This document shows, piece by piece, positions 40,401-42,244 of a stretch of DNA of 42,244 nucleotides. Position 1 is the stretch's first letter, and each line of letters begins with the position of its first letter. The notes under the pieces are model-generated. The model made no database searches and had not been told where the DNA came from. It saw only the letters and a list, made by a program, of their open reading frames with translations. Source of the stretch: Octopus bimaculoides (lineage: Eukaryota). Location: contig NC_069001.1 of assembly GCF_001194135.2 (NCBI RefSeq), positions 31,482,677 to 31,524,920 of the forward strand. The letters are read 5' to 3'. The translations under genes and the position numbers were made by a program.

Positions 40401-42244
40401 TTATTTGTTCGACTTAGGTACGTACGTTCGTTCGTTCCTTCGTTCGTACGTACGTACGTTCGTTCTTTCGTTATTTCCTTCTTACGAAATACGTACGTAC
40501 GTTCTTTCGTACGTACGTTCGTTCCTATGTACGTTCGTTCATACGATCGCTCGTAAGTCCGTTCTTATGTTATTTCCTGCCTACGTACGTGCGTTCGTTC
40601 GTTCGTTCATACGTACGTTCGTTCGTTCGTACTTTCGTTCTCTACCTTCGTTCGATCGTACGTTCGTTCGTTCGTACGTTCGTTCGATCGTACGTTCTTT
40701 TGTTATTTTCTGCCTACGTAATACGTACATACGTTCGATCATTCGTTCCTTCGTTCGTTCGTACGTACGTTCATTCGTTATTTCCTTCCTGCGTACGTAC
40801 GTTCGTTACTTCAATAGTTCGTACGTACGTATATATGTACGTTCGTTCGTCCTTTCGTACGTACTTTCCTTCGTCCGTACGTACGTTCATTCGTTCGTAC
40901 GTACGTTCGTTCGTTCGTACGTACGTTTTTTTCGTTCGCACGTACGTTCGTTCCTTCGTACGTACGTTCATTCTTTCCTTCGTTCGTACGTACGTACGTT
41001 CATTCGTTCGTGATTTCCTGCCTACGTAATACGTACGTGCTTTGGTTCTTACCTACGTTCGCTCGTACATACGTTCGTTCGTACGTACGATCGTTCGTAC
41101 GTAAGTTCTTACGTTATTTCCTGCCTACATACGTACGTTCGTTCTTACTTAATTACGTACCTTCGTTCTTTCGTTCATACGTACGTTCGTTTGTTGGTAC
41201 GTTTGTTCATTCGTACGTTTGTTCGATCGTACGTTCGTTCCTTCGTAAGTACGTAGTTCTTTCGTTATTTCCAGCCTACGTAATACGTATGTACTTTCGT
41301 TCGTTCATACTTATATACGTACGTATGTTCGTTTGTTTCTTCGTTCGAACGTACGATCTTTCGTTAATTCCTGTCTAAGTAATACGTAGGTAAGTTCGTT
41401 CGTTCGTACGTTCGTTCTCTCGTACGTACGTTCGTTCGTATGTCCCTTCGTTATTTCATGCCTACCGACGTACGTATGTTCGTTCGTACGTACGTTCGTT
41501 CGTACGTACTTACGTTCTTTCGTTATTTCTTACCTTTGTACGTACGTTCGTTCGTTCAATCGTTCGTACGTACGTATATAAGTACGTTCGTATGTACTTC
41601 CGTACGTACGTCCGTTCTTTCATTCGTTTGTACATACGTACGTTCCTTCGTTCGACCGTTCCTACGCATGTACGTACGTAAGTTCGTTCGTTCGTGCGTA
41701 CGTTCGTTCTTTTGTTATTTCCTGCCTACGTAATACATACGTACGTTCGTTCGTACGTACGTACGTTCGTATGTATGATCGTTCGTACGTCCGTTCTTTC
41801 GTTAATTCCTGCCTACGTACGTTCGTTCGTTCTAACGTTCGTATGTATGTACGTACGTAAGTTCGTAAGTTCGTACGTACGTTCTTTCGTTATTTCCTTC
41901 CTGCGTGCGTACGTTTGTTCCTTCAATCGTTCGTACGTACGTATATATGTCGGTCATTCGTATTTACGTACGTACGTTCGTTCGTACGTACGTACGTTCT
42001 TTCGTTATTTCTTTCCAGCGTACGCACGTTCGTTCTTTCAATCTTTCGTCCATACGTACGTGTATATGTACGTTCGTTCGTACTTGCGTACGTTCGTTAG
42101 TACGTACGTTCGTTAGTACGTACGTACGTACGTTCGTTCATACGTACGTACGTTCGTTCGTTCGTACGTTCGTTCGTTCGTACGTAGGCCCGTTCGGACG
42201 TACGTACTTTCTTTCGTTATTTCCTGCCAACGTAATTCGTATGT
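31465..42244. repeat. Loose higher-order repeat organisation, period about 2.5-3.4 kb
   Basis: The ATGTCCCTTCGTTATTTCATGCC module falls at 31465/34337 (2872 apart) and at 32645/35494 (2849 apart). The TTTCTATGTATTACG module falls at ~31680, ~34570, ~37820 and ~40370. The module order between these markers is conserved. Confidence 0.6.

Larger units (their letters stand above)
12496..42244 (-). repeat. Same satellite family, right arm, opposite polarity (TCGT/GTTCTTTCGTTATTTCCT on the + strand)
   Basis: The anchor GTTCTTTCGTTATTTCCTGCCTACGTAATACGTAC is the exact reverse complement of the left-arm anchor. TCGT replaces ACGA throughout, and the dominant spurious-ORF strand flips from - to + at this point. 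The array runs off the end of the window. Confidence 0.97.

Noticed and set aside
1-42244. About 200 ORFs encoding YVRT/FVRS/TNER-rich peptides
   Set aside because: A 4-bp repeat gives the same 4-residue peptide in all three frames ((ACGT)n gives YVRT, (TCGT)n gives SFVR, (ACGA)n gives TNER) and contains no stops. The ORFs overlap in every frame, switch strand with array polarity and show no domain-like sequence. They are not credible genes.
12496-42244. CRISPR-like appearance: a conserved ~30-35-bp motif separated by variable sequence
   Set aside because: The 'spacers' are themselves repeat-derived and shared between units, and their lengths vary from about 20 to 200 bp. The 'repeat' has many variants, no cas genes are present, and the context (LINE, microsatellite) is eukaryotic.
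1-42244. Telomeric or subtelomeric repeat
   Set aside because: No TTAGGG, TTAGG or other G-rich telomere-type unit was seen. The strand skew comes from ACGA/TCGT polarity.

Overview
This window is eukaryotic, non-genic DNA from a gapped draft assembly (17 N-gaps, about 3.4 kb in total). About 90% of it is one complex, CpG-rich satellite. The satellite is built from in-phase tetramers: palindromic ACGT and polar ACGA/TCGT. It is punctuated every ~50-240 bp by variants of a conserved anchor, GTTCTTTCGTTATTTCCTGCCTACGTAATACGTAC. The array runs in one polarity from 1 to ~11570 and in the opposite polarity from 12496 to the end. At the switch lie a (TA)n/(TTTA)n tract and a 456-bp decayed 3' fragment of a CR1-type LINE ORF2 (minus strand, one in-frame stop), with N-gaps on both sides. 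The two arms carry related but distinguishable module variants, so they are not a mirror duplication. The right arm shows a loose ~2.5-3.4 kb higher-order period and a 658-bp recent tandem duplication. Apart from the LINE remnant, the listed ORFs are translation artefacts of the tetramer repeat. I found no host gene, RNA gene, CRISPR array or multi-gene system. The most unusual thing here is the satellite's architecture, and I cannot tell from sequence alone whether this family is already described. Coordinates and counts were read by eye.
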